A stretch of DNA of 61,769 bases, filler included, from Hemiscyllium ocellatum (GCF_020745735.1; 4 parts of 4 records of this genome joined end to end with filler, not necessarily neighbours in it); one strand, 5' to 3'; shown: positions 25,547-38,867, counted from the whole stretch's first letter. A program made the numbers and translations. The notes: generated from the sequence alone by a model not told the origin.

Positions 25547-27124
25547 TGTCTTTCTGAAAATAAGGGAATTACTGTTACTTTAGGAATTAACTCAGACAAC
25601 CTCTCAAACCCTCCTTCATTTATTTCAAGTGAGATTCTCCAGAGGCACAATTGAGGCATCATCCGCTTCTTTGATGCAGTTCATTAAACAAATAGATTAA
25701 CTCATGGTTTCATGGCATCTATTTGAAACATTGACGCAACAAATGATTATATTATGCACTAGCTATCTAGCCTCACACTCTGTGGATACCCCGACCCAAC
25801 AGGCAAAGATATTTCTGTACTCATCATGTGATGTCCCCAGTGGCATATACTAAGCTGAGTTCCTTTTGTAACCTAAAATGAGACCTGCTCTTCATTCCTG
25901 TTATTCCTCAATTATTTCGTGCATTTAAGTATTATATTTACTTTTGGATTTTGCTTGGTACTGAGCGTTTTCATGCCAATTAATTTCATGTCATGTATTT
26001 TTCAAAACACATATCACACAGAAATTGCTGACCTCACTATGAGCTTAAATGGAAGGCTACCTGAGAGGGGAGCATTACGTGAAAATTATTTGTTGTGTGG
26101 ATACTGTAGATCTCTTAATTTTTTCAGCTGAACTCAACATGCACGACAGACGTCCAATATTCCAATGCAAAATGTTTTCATAGTTGAAGTTAATGTAGTT
26201 TAAAATGCAAAGTGTCGAATGGTTCATTTCCATCAGAGGGGAGAATAAAGACTTCTAGGGTATTGTATGCATGCGCTTTGAAGTCGACAGTTGGCTGTCT
26301 TAAATTTCAATCACATTGTCATATGCTGTACTGAGAAACGCTGTCATCCTGAGGCATCTTCTTTCTGAACAAACGCTGAATTTGTGTCCTGTCAACTCAT
26401 TCAAGCAGATGTTAAGAAACTTCCAGCATTATTTGAAGAAGTACAAGGGGCGGGACACCGAGCGTGGAGTTGTGGGTGAGTGATTCCAGTGGTGTTGTGG
26501 ACCCGTGTTACAAAGTCATATGATACTAAATAGAAGCGCATTGGCTGACTTTCTAATTAAATGTTTTACTCATAATGACAGCAGCTACAACTGCAAACTG
26601 GGCACGCCTTCAACCAATCTCCTGTCTTAGACGTCAAATTTAAAAAAAGGAGCGATTTTGACTCCAGTCTCACTGAACCTATCAAAAGGCAGCTACTTCT
26701 TTTTCCCTCCACTTTATTCAGAGAATATATAACTACAGTAAGGCTCTGTGCAGCTCATAAATTAGTGAAAGGGAGGACTGCAGATGCTGGAGATCAGAGT
26801 CAAACCGTGGTGCTGGAAAAACACAGCACGACAGGCAGCTTCTGAGGAGCAGGAGAACCGATATTTGGAGCATCAGGAATGAGGCTTGTTGAAAGGTTCA
26901 GATCTGGAAATCCTCAAATCCCCATTCAGGGAACACTCATAACCAAACAAAAAGTTGTGAATCCTCCTTCTTTTTATCGTTGCTGTCAGTTTACTGTATG
27001 AGTTTGGACAAATGTGCAGAGACGTTGTGAATTTAATGCGAAATAGCCCGATTCTAATCAGTCCCTTTTTTTTTAATTTAGCCATTCTATTCACTTCATG
27101 TCTTCATGGAAACCATTAAGCACC

Positions 27125-27157
<33 letters not shown>

Positions 27158-27169
27158 CTCTCTCCTCTC

Positions 27170-27437
27170 GTGAGAAAGAGAGAGAGAGAGAAAGAAATTG
27201 ACCTTCCTTCCTGTTAACTGCTTCCGGGCTCTGTGTCACTGACGAACCAAAAGAAGCTCGAAATTCAACAGAGAGATGTGCGAAGTGGGAGAGAGATAGA
27301 GAGAGAAAGAAGGGCTAGAGGGATATATATATCCCCTTCCCTCCAATCTCTGTTGAATTTCGAGATTCCTTTGGTTCGTCAGTGACACAGAGCCAAGCAG
27401 CAGTTAACAGGAAGGAAGTTCAATCTCTCGCTCTCAC
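27170..27437. repeat. Fold-back inverted repeat (~90-100-nt arms)
   Basis: CTTCCTTCCTGTTAACTGC...GGCTCTGTGTCACTGACGAACCAAA.GAA.CTCGAAATTCAACAGAGA (~27200-27277) is mirrored at ~27346-27437; the loop contains the perfect palindrome GGGATATATATATCCC (27320-27335). Confidence 0.9.
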
Positions 27438-27484
27438 CTGCGTTCTCTCTGGAACTATATTTTATTTCTTTCAAAGTGAATATT

Positions 27485-27630
27485 TCTTCAGCCAAACAGT
27501 GACCAGTCCAGTGTAGCAGTGTAATTTGAGATATAAAAGTTGAAGACACCGCCACCTACTACGATGCAGCGAACTGCACGTATAAATGTCTCACAGGCCT
27601 GAGCATTTGCCTTCACACAATTGAAAAATA
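27485..27630 (+). pseudogene. Possible 3' remnant of an IgNAR-like/NAR-TCR V exon with degenerate 23-RSS
   Basis: FSQTV (TTCAGCCAAACAGTG) then, after a frameshift, DIKVEDTATYYDAA (Cys codon replaced); CACAGGC (27592-27598)-23 nt-TGAAAAATA (27622-27630). Short and highly decayed. Confidence 0.35.
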
Positions 27631-28283
27631 TATGCAGCAGACAGCACGAAGAAGTTTTGATGCCAGTATCCCTTTATACCCATTTAATTTTGAGGTAATT
27701 TGATATTCACTGTCATAGTTCTGCAACATTTTTCTCAGCTTTTATGACCTGCCCAATTCTATCTGGCATTCATGTAGGACCTCATTAGTAGCAACCAATG
27801 TCAAAGAGAACAGTTTGGGTGAATGAAAACTGTGAATCAACGAATATTGGTTGTTTATCTAAACCTGTTGAAATAGCTGTAAAGAGTCAAGCTTGAAGCC
27901 TTGCTTCCACATTGCATTGAGGAATAATTTAAAAATGCAGCACTATAGTTGTTTCATAAACATGTGTCTGGATCTGCAATAGTGGAGACAGTCACAGACG
28001 ATGAGTATCTTCATATCTCACCATGGTGTGCATCTTCCTGTTAACCACCATAGCCTATTAATTATTGAGATAAGAAGCATCTCTTCAGTAGGGTCATTCT
28101 GCATAATAAGTCTCTCCTGCAATTCAATTCCATTATGTCCGATCTGATAATTCTCAAATCCCCTATCTTGCCTTCTTCACATAACCTGTAATTCTGTTAC
28201 TGACTCGAAATTGTCTATCTCAGCTCAGAACATATTTATTGATGTGGTCTCTCTATGATAAAGTTTTTCACTCCAATTGACTA

Positions 28284-29000
28284 TGTTATGAAGGTGTAGG
28301 TGTGTAGTGTACCTTTAAGATAGAGTGGTAGCTAGCAAGGACTGACTGAAAGCATAGAAAGCGCTGAAGAACTTAAGAATATAACTCTTGGTTGAAACAA
28401 ATATCTGGAGTTGCACGACCATGGAACAAAAACAAACTCAGTTTCTTCCAATCAGGTTAAATTATGCCCCAGATAACAAAATCAATCAAATTTCGACGTT
28501 GTATTTTGATAACATGAAACCAATGAAATGAACAATGTTTTGGGGTAGTAAACCGAACATTTTGAACACTCTGGGCAAAACTGCCAAGAAAACCAGCAGG
28601 TTTAGACAGATAGCCAAACAGCTCTCTGCAAGGTAACTGTCGATAACAAATTTGTGCATCTGAACACCAAAATTAACATCGACGAATCTACAGAAAAAAA
28701 TCGACATCCGAAGACTATACCTGGATTTGAAATTGTTTTTGCTGTAAAGTTAAGAGGAAATTTATTGGTCGAGTATTGTACAGTGGGATATAAATATCGG
28801 TTTAAGAGAAATGAGTTCTAAATAATGATTTTAATGGCCTCTGTTGTACTTACAGAATAAAATTGTTTTTTTTTACATTTAATAGTCAAATCTGGGATTG
28901 TTCTTTGCCTACCAAAATTTAACAGATTATGGTGCGAGGTGAGCTTCTTTGTGTTTTGGTTTTAAATTAGCAGACGGGTTGTCCCCATATCGCATTATCT
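28284..29000 (+). mobile_element. Possible LTR-like element
   Basis: Starts TGTTATGAAGGTGTAGGTGTGTAGTGTACCTTTAAGA, resembling shark LTR 5' ends as recalled; right end uncertain. Confidence 0.3.
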
Positions 29001-31376
29001 ATCCAATAAGGAAAGAAATTCCATACCACTTCTGTGATACACAACCGACTGCTTGTTCTGTGTTTATTAGAACTCTTGCCCAAGCCTGTCTTACAAGAGG
29101 AAACATCCAATCCTGTCAAATTATGGGTTATGCTATTCATTTATATTTCTTACATATGAATCTTTTGCATTTCAGTAAGGTCCCTTCTCATTTTTTGAAA
29201 GCAATGAGCACAGAATCGATCTATATGACGTCTCCTCATATGAGCGTCGCCCCAAACCTTACATCAACCTCAGTAACTTTCTCTGGATATCTTCAAATGT
29301 AAATATATATCTCCTTTGATGAAAAAGAATCAAAACTGTTTGCTGTCTTTCATGCTGGATTGAATCAACTTTTTTTTCAAGCCAGTCCTAAATTGTTTGA
29401 AGGTTCAAGTTGATTTTGACAAATTGAGCGAATAGTCAAAAAGATGACATATGCAGTACAACGTCCCAATTTGTAACTTATGCATTTCAACTCAATTAGA
29501 ATGTGAGTAACATTTTGTTCTAGTGAGAAGGTTGGATGCGCAAAGGGATCGATGTTCCCTTATACACCAATCAATGAAAGTCTAAAGGCAAGTGTAGCAA
29601 GCAATTTAGGAAGGTAAATGAGATATTAACCTTCATTTCAAGACGACTTGAGTTCAGAAGTAAAGATCTCCTATTGCAGTTATACAGAGCTTTCGTGAGA
29701 CCATACATGCTATGCTGTGTGCAGTTTTAGTGTCCATGATCTTAAGTGATTTATGCTTTACAGAAAAGGTTTGCAGAAAGTGTTTGCAGCAAAGTTCAGT
29801 AGAATGATCTAATGATTATAGTACTGTGCAACAAGTTTTGATGAAACCTGTATTCACTCGAGTTGAGAGAGATGAGAAACAATCTGATTGCAACAAAATA
29901 TATGAACAGGAATGGATAGAATGAATACAGGAAGATGTTCTCCCTGGTTTGGAAATCCATAACAAGGGGAAAGAGTCCCGGGAAAAGTGATGAGCCTTTT
30001 CGCTCTGAGATGAGGACAACTATGCCACCAAATTATTATGATTTCCACCTCGAAAGACAGGAAACAGTTTTGACCATTTTCCACTATCACTGAAAGTTTT
30101 GGAGGCAAAGTCACGAAACAGATTCAACATAGGCCATTTCTTAAAAATGCTTTGAAATCCCCATGGAATCTGTGATAAGAGGGATAAGAGCATTGAAATA
30201 GACAATCCTCTGTAATAATATGGAATGTCCAAACAAGCGAAGAGCGATAAATGGTATATTCCTGCTCCTAATTTCAGCATATATATTTGTTTAATGGTTT
30301 TTTAATGGTATGGGTGTACAATTCGCAGTCTATTCCTGTGAAAACAAGGAAGAACGAAGAGCCGAAGCTTATGTAGTTTACATTATGAAATGGTTTACAA
30401 ATTAACATGTTTGGGAGCTTACTTGGCTTGAGACGTTTGAAACAAATCGTGATTATAGGAAAATTGCCGAATTTCCATCAGGGTAAGTAACATCCTGGAA
30501 TTTTGAGAGGCGGAGCAGCTCTCATTGATGCATTCCTGGTCAGCTTTGGCAAATCGAAAAGAGAGAAAGCAGCAGATAAGCACAAGGGTCTAGGTGGAAG
30601 CTGCTTACTAGTATTTACCACTATTTGCACGGATGGAGTCGAGCGTGGTGCTCAAACACTGCCAAGGACATGCTCGACCAAACGTCTTGCCAAGCAATTT
30701 ATGGTCAACTTCAAACTGATTGAAAACTCTGGTGATACATCTCCAGAGAGAATCTATAATTAAAGTGGGAATATTGAAATAATCCAAATGTTGGAAGAAA
30801 CAGTAAGTAACAGGAAAACAATTGCGACAACTGATTGGAATGATTTCAACTGTCAACTGCAAAAAAATCTTGTTTTTCATGAACGGAATGCAACATCTTA
30901 AAGGAGAATGTCGACACTCGCCACTCACTGTCTTTGAGTCCAATAATCCTATTCACAATCTGGAATTAAAGTGCTTCATGTCTACGAGCCCACAATTTGT
31001 AATGGAACAGATGAAACCCCCTTAAAAGAGATAAAACAGATCGCCGAAACCCGTATTTGCTATTTTGTTAAAGTCAATTATAATGTGCTGCGTTCTGGAT
31101 ATGATTCAATTGGTCAAACTGCTGGGTTTTAGGCAAAATGCAGTATAATATTTCACAGAAGTTAAAGTAAAAACAGAGTGCAAAGAAAATGCATAACTTA
31201 AATTTATCAAAATACTGTCAAAATACTATAGTATGTAACATCAACTGTTCCAATATAATAGAATGTCATAAACACAACCTTGCAAAGACAAATTCAGAAG
31301 AACGGATTTGCTCACCTGTCATGCCTACTACTGAGGAAGAAAGGGAAAGAAAGGATAGAGACAATATAGCATGATT

Positions 31377-31421
<45 letters not shown>

Positions 31422-31969
31422 ATGTCAATTCCAAAACACCGATTTCAACAGCTGAGACCAAAATAAAGCCGTGGGTCTCTGTGAGCCTGATTTAACCTAC
31501 CCATTTTAAAAATAAAAATAAACTTACTCAACTATTCGAGGAGCAGTCATCTAAGCACAAGGTTTAAATCATCCCCTTTAAAATGATGAAAAAGTGAACA
31601 GAAAAAAATCCTATTAAAGGCATATTTAGTTGGACGCCATCCTTTCAATAAGTTATCATATAAGCAAAAATGAAATTAAACCGACTGAAAAGATTTCATT
31701 CTAAAGTGAACTTCAGAGTAATAAGGATATTCAAGCAAGAAATTAAGTACGTAAATGAAAGAAAAGTGATTCACAGACGTCCATAGACAGTGTGAAAAAT
31801 CCCAAAGGATTTGCATTTCGCCATCGATATTTCACTGTGAGGCAAATAGAAAATTGCTGATAAATTGCATTGTTAACTGTTGACTCTTATTCTGTGAAAC
31901 AAATTAACACAACCACATTTCTCCTCCCCATCGATTTTTTTGTACAATGATCTTGTGTTCCTTGTCCAG

Positions 31970-32333
31970 CACATTCAAGTTCTCTGGTGTCCATGTGTTC
32001 ACTTTTAAAATCATCTGCTGCTGGTGACATCATTAATTTAAGCTGTGAATATTCAGCATTCTGTCAATATTCATCGTTCTGTCAATACACGATTTAATGG
32101 GACCATCAGTTCCCAGGACACGCTCTGACATACCTGCTTCACAGACGCACTTCAGCAGAGTAGAATAAGTATAGTACTGATGGAAGACGAAGTTCTGCTG
32201 TTGTCGAATTCTGACCAGTTTCCAGTTCTCGCTCGTCCCAGTGTTCACTATAATGCTCTCTGTTTGTTAAAAGTCTCCAGCACAGAACTGAGAAACTTAG
32301 ATCTGTACGACTCTGCATTTAGTTTACGTTCAG
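31970..32333 (+). pseudogene. NAR-TCR supporting V-delta (leaderless V) pseudogene
   Basis: Acceptor TTGTGTTCCTTGTCCAG, then (P)HSSSLVSMCSLLKSSAAGDIINLSCEYSAFCQYSSFCQYTI*WDHQFPGHALTYLLHRRTSAE*NKYSTDGRRSSAV...CSLFVKSLQ...DSA. Has the B-strand Cys, a CDR1 FCQY Cys and the C-strand Trp, with several stops. Matches the recalled nurse-shark supporting V-delta pattern (SSLVSM...CEYSGFCQYTIYWYRQ.PG). Confidence 0.72.
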
Positions 32334-32372
32334 CACAATGCTACAGCGTACGGTGAGAGATGGAAAAGCATC
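32334..32372 (+). other. Degenerate 23-RSS of the supporting V-delta
   Basis: CACAATG + CTACAGCGTACGGTGAGAGATGG (23 nt) + AAAAGCATC (5/9 nonamer match). Confidence 0.45.
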
Positions 32373-35300
32373 TAAACATTGTAGGGATAGCAGATACACA
32401 GCGATAGAGAACGCGGAGAAAACTGCCCAAATAAAACTTAACGTTGTGCGGTGGCAGATGCGTGATTGAGGCACGGAAAGAGATGAAAAAAACTGAACAT
32501 GGCAGTACTTATTTCTTTTAATTCCATGAGGGAGATAAGCGTCTTTAGATAGTTACCATTTATTGCATTGGAAAGGTGAAGGTGAGCTGCCTTCTTGAAC
32601 CGCTCCAGTCCCCGTTCTGCTGCTAGATTCATGATGCATGTGAGCAAGGACTTCCAATAATTTAAAACAGAAACATCGATATGTTACAAACTCAGCATAA
32701 CGGTGACCTTGCTCGGGAAATTAAAGGTGATGCTATTCCAAGCTACCTGATGCATTTGTGCTTCGAGATGGAAGTTTATTTGTTTGCAAATTGCTACTAA
32801 GGATCATTTATGAACTTCTGCAGTGAATCATACAGGGAGCATACACTGCTGTAACTTAGCATCGTGGTAATGTCACTGACCGAGCAATCAAAAACAGCAG
32901 ATTAATCTTCGGGGTCATGGATTCCACCATCGCAATTGAATGATATGGAAAGCAGTGCTAAACAATCTGGAATTAAATCTCCGTTTCTGGAAATGGCCAT
33001 GGAAGTCTTCGCTGGTGAGGTATCAACAATGTCCTCTAAAATTGCAGTGATGCTGTTGCTCCTTTCCTCAAGTCTTGTTGTAATGAAAGAAAATTTGGAA
33101 GTATTGCAGTGAATTCGCTTCTGTGAGCGGATGATATGACTGTGAATAGCTGGGTCTGGCTGATTGCTGAATGACCAATCTATTAAATATTTTATTATGC
33201 TTAAAGCCTGAAAAAGACAGATGTTTGATCAGTAAAGGAATCATGAAAGTGTAGTCGGAAATCTTCAATGATCTAGCTGGATGCTGTAGCAGACTCGATG
33301 GATAGAATGGCCAACCTTTGGTGCTACACCTTATATTCTAATGCATTTGCATTCATGTTTGAAGTTTTTTTTTCCTTGGCGCCCAAGTGATTGCTCTGTG
33401 TTCATCAGATTACTGTGATAGGTGCTAAAGTTCTGCTGGAGAAACTTTAACATATCAACTTTGATTCAATGGTGATCTCGCCCTGTAGGCCACTGAGCCT
33501 AAAAGGAAGACTGGGCAATCTACCAGAATCCTGTGCTTAAACATATCAGGATGGAAAAATGACTATTCATGAACAAATATTGATCATAGTGATGTCTTCC
33601 AGATCTATCTAACTCGAAAACAATCTATTTTCTTCAAGTTGCCCGCCTGATTTCTTTTTTGCAAATCTTGCTTGTTCTGAAATATCAGTTACATTTTTAA
33701 ATTTCTGATTAATAAATATACGTAGCATACTAAGGACATTACAATAATTAGAATCAGAAAATAAAAAGGCCTTCTGTTCTCAGTTTGCTCTTCTTCATTG
33801 TCTGCGCCATGCCATATCACCTTGTTCAAGCTTTTTAACAACTGAATGGGGGACTGTGGAATTTGGTGATGAATTATTGCATGTTGAGTGAAGTTCTGTT
33901 TTCTCATTTGATTCGACAACAGTAGCCTGAATGAAACAGAAAAGTTGAGTGGAGAACAGTCCTGATGGAGGGGAGAACGACCAGTAACGGTGTTTCCTTT
34001 GTGAATTTCACATCCATTCTCATGTACCAGATGAGAACATTGAGCTATCTTGTGGGATTTAGTTGTGGAACATCTAATTGTTACTAATGTCACTGAATGT
34101 ATTAAGAATTCTTTCGCTTAAAAATACGAGATAATTAAGAATGCAACGCAAATGAGAAGGGGCAGGCTTAGGTTAGTGGGAGAACTTCAGCTCAGCAGCT
34201 ATCATTAGAAGGAACATTGCTGCTTGGTGAGGGTTTGTGTTGAGGAGCCAGAGGGTTCTTAGCTATTCCCTCACCAACAAACATGATGTTATTGCTCATC
34301 TTCAATGATGTGGAAGGTGTGAAACTGTTTTTTTTTTGCTTCGGTTTATTAAGTGAAATGTACGTGAAATGTTTCTTGTAGCTTAGTTTCCCTCTAGACA
34401 TTCTGCTACAGGATAACTTGGTCACATTTTGAGCCCGTCACCGAATTTCCATTCCTGATTTACAGTCTTCCATTCTGTTCTAAAAGCTCGCAAAACCCAG
34501 TGAATGGCCCCTCTGTGCAAATTATTGCCCATTCTCTCTGTTATTGTCGTTACAGGATGTGCGGCCGTCATGAAATCACGAAAGCATTGTGTGAAGACGT
34601 GTTGTCCGCCCTTCCTTTATTCATTCCTTCCTTCCTTCCTTCCCTACCTTATGTCCTCCTTTCATCCTTTATTCCTCATTCTACGTTAATTTCTGCTTTT
34701 ACATTTTTTTTGTTTCATCCCTTTACTTTGTTACTTGCTTTCTTTATTTTGATTACTCCTTTTCATTAATATGAAGATAATTTGACTTACTAATCGGGTA
34801 TTCCCAGGCCATTACATCGGCAATTGCATTAATTAAACCTGTATTTATAAGTCATCCTTTGATATGGTCATATTTTGTGGTGTTATAAGAATGTTGTCTT
34901 AGTGACATCCCTATTCTTGAAATGTGGGCATTAATAAACAATGAGTGGTTTCATGAATCAAGATGAGTATCTACTACACGATTGGTGTGTAGGTTATCAG
35001 AGAAATATTGCATGCACTAATCAAAAATGTGCATCAAGCAGCACATATGTTGGCGCAACATCACGAAAATTCCCTCTTCTTTGCTCTGTCAAACACCATC
35101 TGGAAAACAACAACGTGGGCATGCTGCAGAGCAACCCGCCATCCATATTGCCAAGCAAGTCATTTCGTTAGTTAATGTTGCACCTCCGAGATGGAGTGTA
35201 ATATTTGCTCAGAGCTGTCAAATAAAATCGTTAAAAGCTCTATCAGAATCTCAATATATTGAACTCTCCGTCACCAAAATCAGAACGAAGTTTATCAAGC

Positions 35301-36721
35301 TTACCAATTGAGGTAATGTAATGTCCATAATCCAGCACAAGCAGCATCCTATTTTCAGAACTGAGGGAATTCTGAATCAGCATAGGATTCGTTTATCTTT
35401 GTCTGACGCCCGAGATAGATTTTTAAACATTCCTGAAAATGTCTTACTTTCTCTCTCAGGGTCAAATGCCGACATTTCAAACCGCTTTGATACATTCTGT
35501 TTGTTTGTTTCGTCACATTTCCAGAATCTCGTGATATACAGATTCATAGGTGGCCTTCTTTTCAGAAAGCTGGAAATTAAGGACTGAGCTTTAGATATTA
35601 TAATTCAGAATAAGTATAAGTAATTATATAATTTCCTTCTCTCAGATTACCACCCCCCCCCACCCACCTCCCTTCCTTTCTTATGGACCCACATACTTAC
35701 TTGCTTACAAGGACATGCAGGGATCATTGCACTTCAGCCTTGTGAAATCCATGCCCATGTATAAGAATGGTGCATTTCAAAATTAATGCAAATCTCAGTA
35801 TGTTGTTCAACATCCTCGGTATTGAGTTTGCAGAGTAGAAATGCGACATTATTCAATCACAATTTAGTGACATGTCGAGTTACAATAGTACTCCAATGCA
35901 TTTCGGAGTTGAATAATTAATTGTCTTATTTATAACTCTGCGAACCTACTTGCATGATAATGGAATAATGAACCAGAATCATTTAATCTGCAAGACAAAT
36001 GCATGTATTAATCTGACATAAATACCAGGAAAAGACAGGTAAAGTAGCACATATGTTAATTTTAGATCAGGGTTCAAATCTCAGCTCACCATCCATTTCA
36101 GCGATTTTTCTTAGTAGAGCAGTCAAGATATGCTTTGAGAGACATAGGCATTGTACCGAATGGAAGGTGTTCACGAGCTTCTGCACTATAGTGATACATG
36201 AACGAGTTCAGCAGCAATTAATGTCATCCAGGTGTTTAAGTCTGTCAGCATTCGTTATTTGGTTGCCTTCTTCAACAACTCCAGAAGAGGATGGTATCCA
36301 ATTTTATGGACAGATTGCTCAAATTACCAATTAAATGTGTTTTGTGAGATTTTCTCATGCTTCAAGAACTCACACCAGGATCAGGATTGCAAAAGGCTGA
36401 ATGAGCTCCAATTCTTTGTCCCTGGAACGCTAAAGGCCTGGAGAGGCCACGTAGGTTTTGATAGATCCGTGTGCAGCACCGATTTGGTGAATAGTCAAGG
36501 GTTTTTGTTTCCCAAAAGTATTGAAGTCCAAAACTAAATTGGATAGATTTAAAGAGAAAGAGCCAGGATGTTAAAACGACATGGCAGGCAACCTGTGGTG
36601 CGTGCATGGAACATGATGGCAGAGGATATCGTCGAAATATTATTATTGTAACACTTAAGGATCAACGTGGTGGGTGCAAACATCGTAAAGGTTTCGCGGG
36701 GTAAGAGGTAAACGCAGAAAA

Positions 36722-37275
36722 ACGGAACTACTTTCGTTCAGGATATTTGGTTGGTGTGGACCAGTTGCACCAAATGGTTTGTTCCCAAGCCCTATCACTT
36801 CATAGCCCCTAAATCTAGCTGTAATTATAACCGAGTTTTGAGGGATTATCTGAAAAACATTTGGAACTTTAGATTAAATCAGATTAGATTAGACTACTTA
36901 CAGTGTGGAAACAGGCCCTTCGGCCCGACAAGTCCACACTGACCCACATCTTTGGACTGTGTGCGGGTCAGGTGAATTGGCCACGCGAAATTGCCCTAGT
37001 GTTAGATAAAGGGTAAATGTAGGTGTATGGGTGGTTGCACTTCGGCGGGTTGGTGTGGACTTGTTGGGCCGAAGGGCCTGTTTACACACTGTAAGTAATC
37101 TAATTTAATCTAATCTAATCTAATCTAAAGATCCAAATGATATTCAGATAATGCCTCGAAACTCGGTTATAATTACAGCTAGAGTTAGGAGTTATGAAGT
37201 GATAGGGCATGGGAACAAACTCTTTGGTCCAATTCGTCCACACCAACCAAATACCCTAAACGAATGTAGTTCCAT
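36722..37275. repeat. Large inverted duplication (~230-nt arms) incorporating SINE 3' ends
   Basis: 36722-36952 is the reverse complement of ~37048-37275 (for example CCCTATCACTTCATA...CTAGCTGTAATTATAACCGAGTTT versus AAACTCGGTTATAATTACAGCTAG...TATGAAGTGATAGGG). Confidence 0.9.
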
Positions 37276-38827
37276 TTCCTAAAACGTCGTTTGAACTCTA
37301 CCTTCTGGCTCTCTCCTTCTTGCCTTACAAGAATACATTTAATAATCCCGAGTTTTCAGATTTTGGATTTGCGGTGATTGAGAAAAGACAGTGTGCTATC
37401 GATACTTATCCATCATTTACCATCCCTTTCTTCACTCTCCCTGGGAACAGAGCAATGGAAGAAGATTAAAATATCCCACGATGGTGTGTGTACAGTTCCC
37501 ACTAACAGGAGTTCAATATCACCAAAGAATGAAGAACACTCTGTACCCCGTCCTTGCAGTGTGAACCAACCAGGGCTTTGTACAAGTGAAGCAAAGTTTC
37601 CCTCATGAGTGCAGCAGGCTCTGTCGCAGGCTGTATAGCAGGGGGAATGTAACTGTAAATATACACTCTAAATTAGGTGGATAAGTTTCAAAATTATTTT
37701 GAAGAAATGTCAACGTAAAATCAGTTTCCAATATTAATAAAATCGTGAAAGAACTGCGAATGCTGTAAATTAAATACAACAGTAAAAATTGCTAGGGAAG
37801 TTCACCGTAACTGGCAGGAAATGTGGAGTGAAATTATTGTTAACGTTTCGAGTCGACTGGCCATTCCTCGCAACTAATTCTCAGGAAGGGCTACTCGACC
37901 CGCGGTATTAAATCTTAATTCCCAAATTAAGATTTTTGTTATAAAGCGCTTCTTTTAGTGAATTTGGTCCCTAACCTTTGATTACACGAACTAACTGTGT
38001 GTTTGTGATATTTGCGTGAGTGTCAGTGAACGTATTTATACAGTTCTATGCGATTCACTCCCGTTCGTCATCAATCTATAAGTGATCATAATTCTGAATA
38101 TTAATGTTACTTACGTTGACGTTATCTCTCACCTTCTCTTTATGTTTCTCTGCACTCAATGTCACGACATTTACTTAATAAAATAAGGAAGCAAATGCGG
38201 GTAACCATAGGCTGTGTAGATCGACTTCTGTAATTGTGGCAAAATAGTAGAGTCTATCATAATGGACACTACATCAGATCATTCAGAAATCAATAACAAT
38301 AAAGCAGAGTCAGTAAGCCTTCATTGGGAGATGGGTAGGCATGAAAAGGCGTCTGTCAATTATTGAGGAATCCCCGTAATAGGTAGGAAGCAGGATAGAT
38401 TAAACGAAATGAGACGGTGCGACATATGTGTATTTCTTGAAGTTGTTTGTCACATGCTGAATAAAACAAATCCGTGGTAGCGGAGGTATATATCAGAGGA
38501 CTGGCTAACGAACATCATACGTTAAACTAATTACAGAAGGTAGCATTACATGCTGAAGGCATAGCCAAATAAATGAGAATGAAGCAGAATGCCATGAGAA
38601 TCAAAACGTTGCTCTTAAAAAAAAACCCAAGAGGAGTCCTCAAATAAAGGTGCATTGACGCTGTTCGAAGTTTAGCACTCATACAGTCATGACACACAAG
38701 GAAGAGAAGCAAAGTAAATTACAATGGAAAACAAAACCCTCTGGCGATCAATGAGAACAGTAGGTGTTAACTGTCTGCTCGGTATTGGAGCGTCCTCTGG
38801 TGTGCACAAACTGAAACTCTCAAGGTG

Positions 38828-38867
38828 GGTTTTTGTACAGGATCCACTATATCTCTGTGTCAATGTG
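38828..38867 (-). other. RSS of V copy 1 (CACATTG-24-ACAAAAACC)
   Basis: Heptamer 38867-38861, spacer 38860-38837 (24 nt), consensus nonamer 38836-38828. Confidence 0.9.

Noticed and set aside
30400-30810. GTAAGT donors near 30483 and 30803 and a GGA-containing stretch as candidate NAR-TCR J
   Set aside because: No credible upstream RSS and no convincing GxGT motif.
31809-31839. Perfect octamer ATTTGCAT and CACTGTG upstream of the supporting V-delta
   Set aside because: No nonamer for the heptamer; a leaderless V needs no proximal promoter; single motifs in AT-rich DNA occur by chance.
33689-34093. Minus-strand 134-aa ORF ending in a TM-like stretch (PFYFLILIIVMSLVCYVYLLI)
   Set aside because: No recognisable domain; AT-rich DNA readily encodes such runs; no supporting exon structure in that frame.
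33796-35440. Chain of minus-strand exon-like pieces (acceptor at 33926, 48-nt AG..GT unit 34838-34791, donor near 35305)
   Set aside because: The joined peptides resemble no family I recognise and one acceptor lacks a pyrimidine tract; would need RNA-seq.
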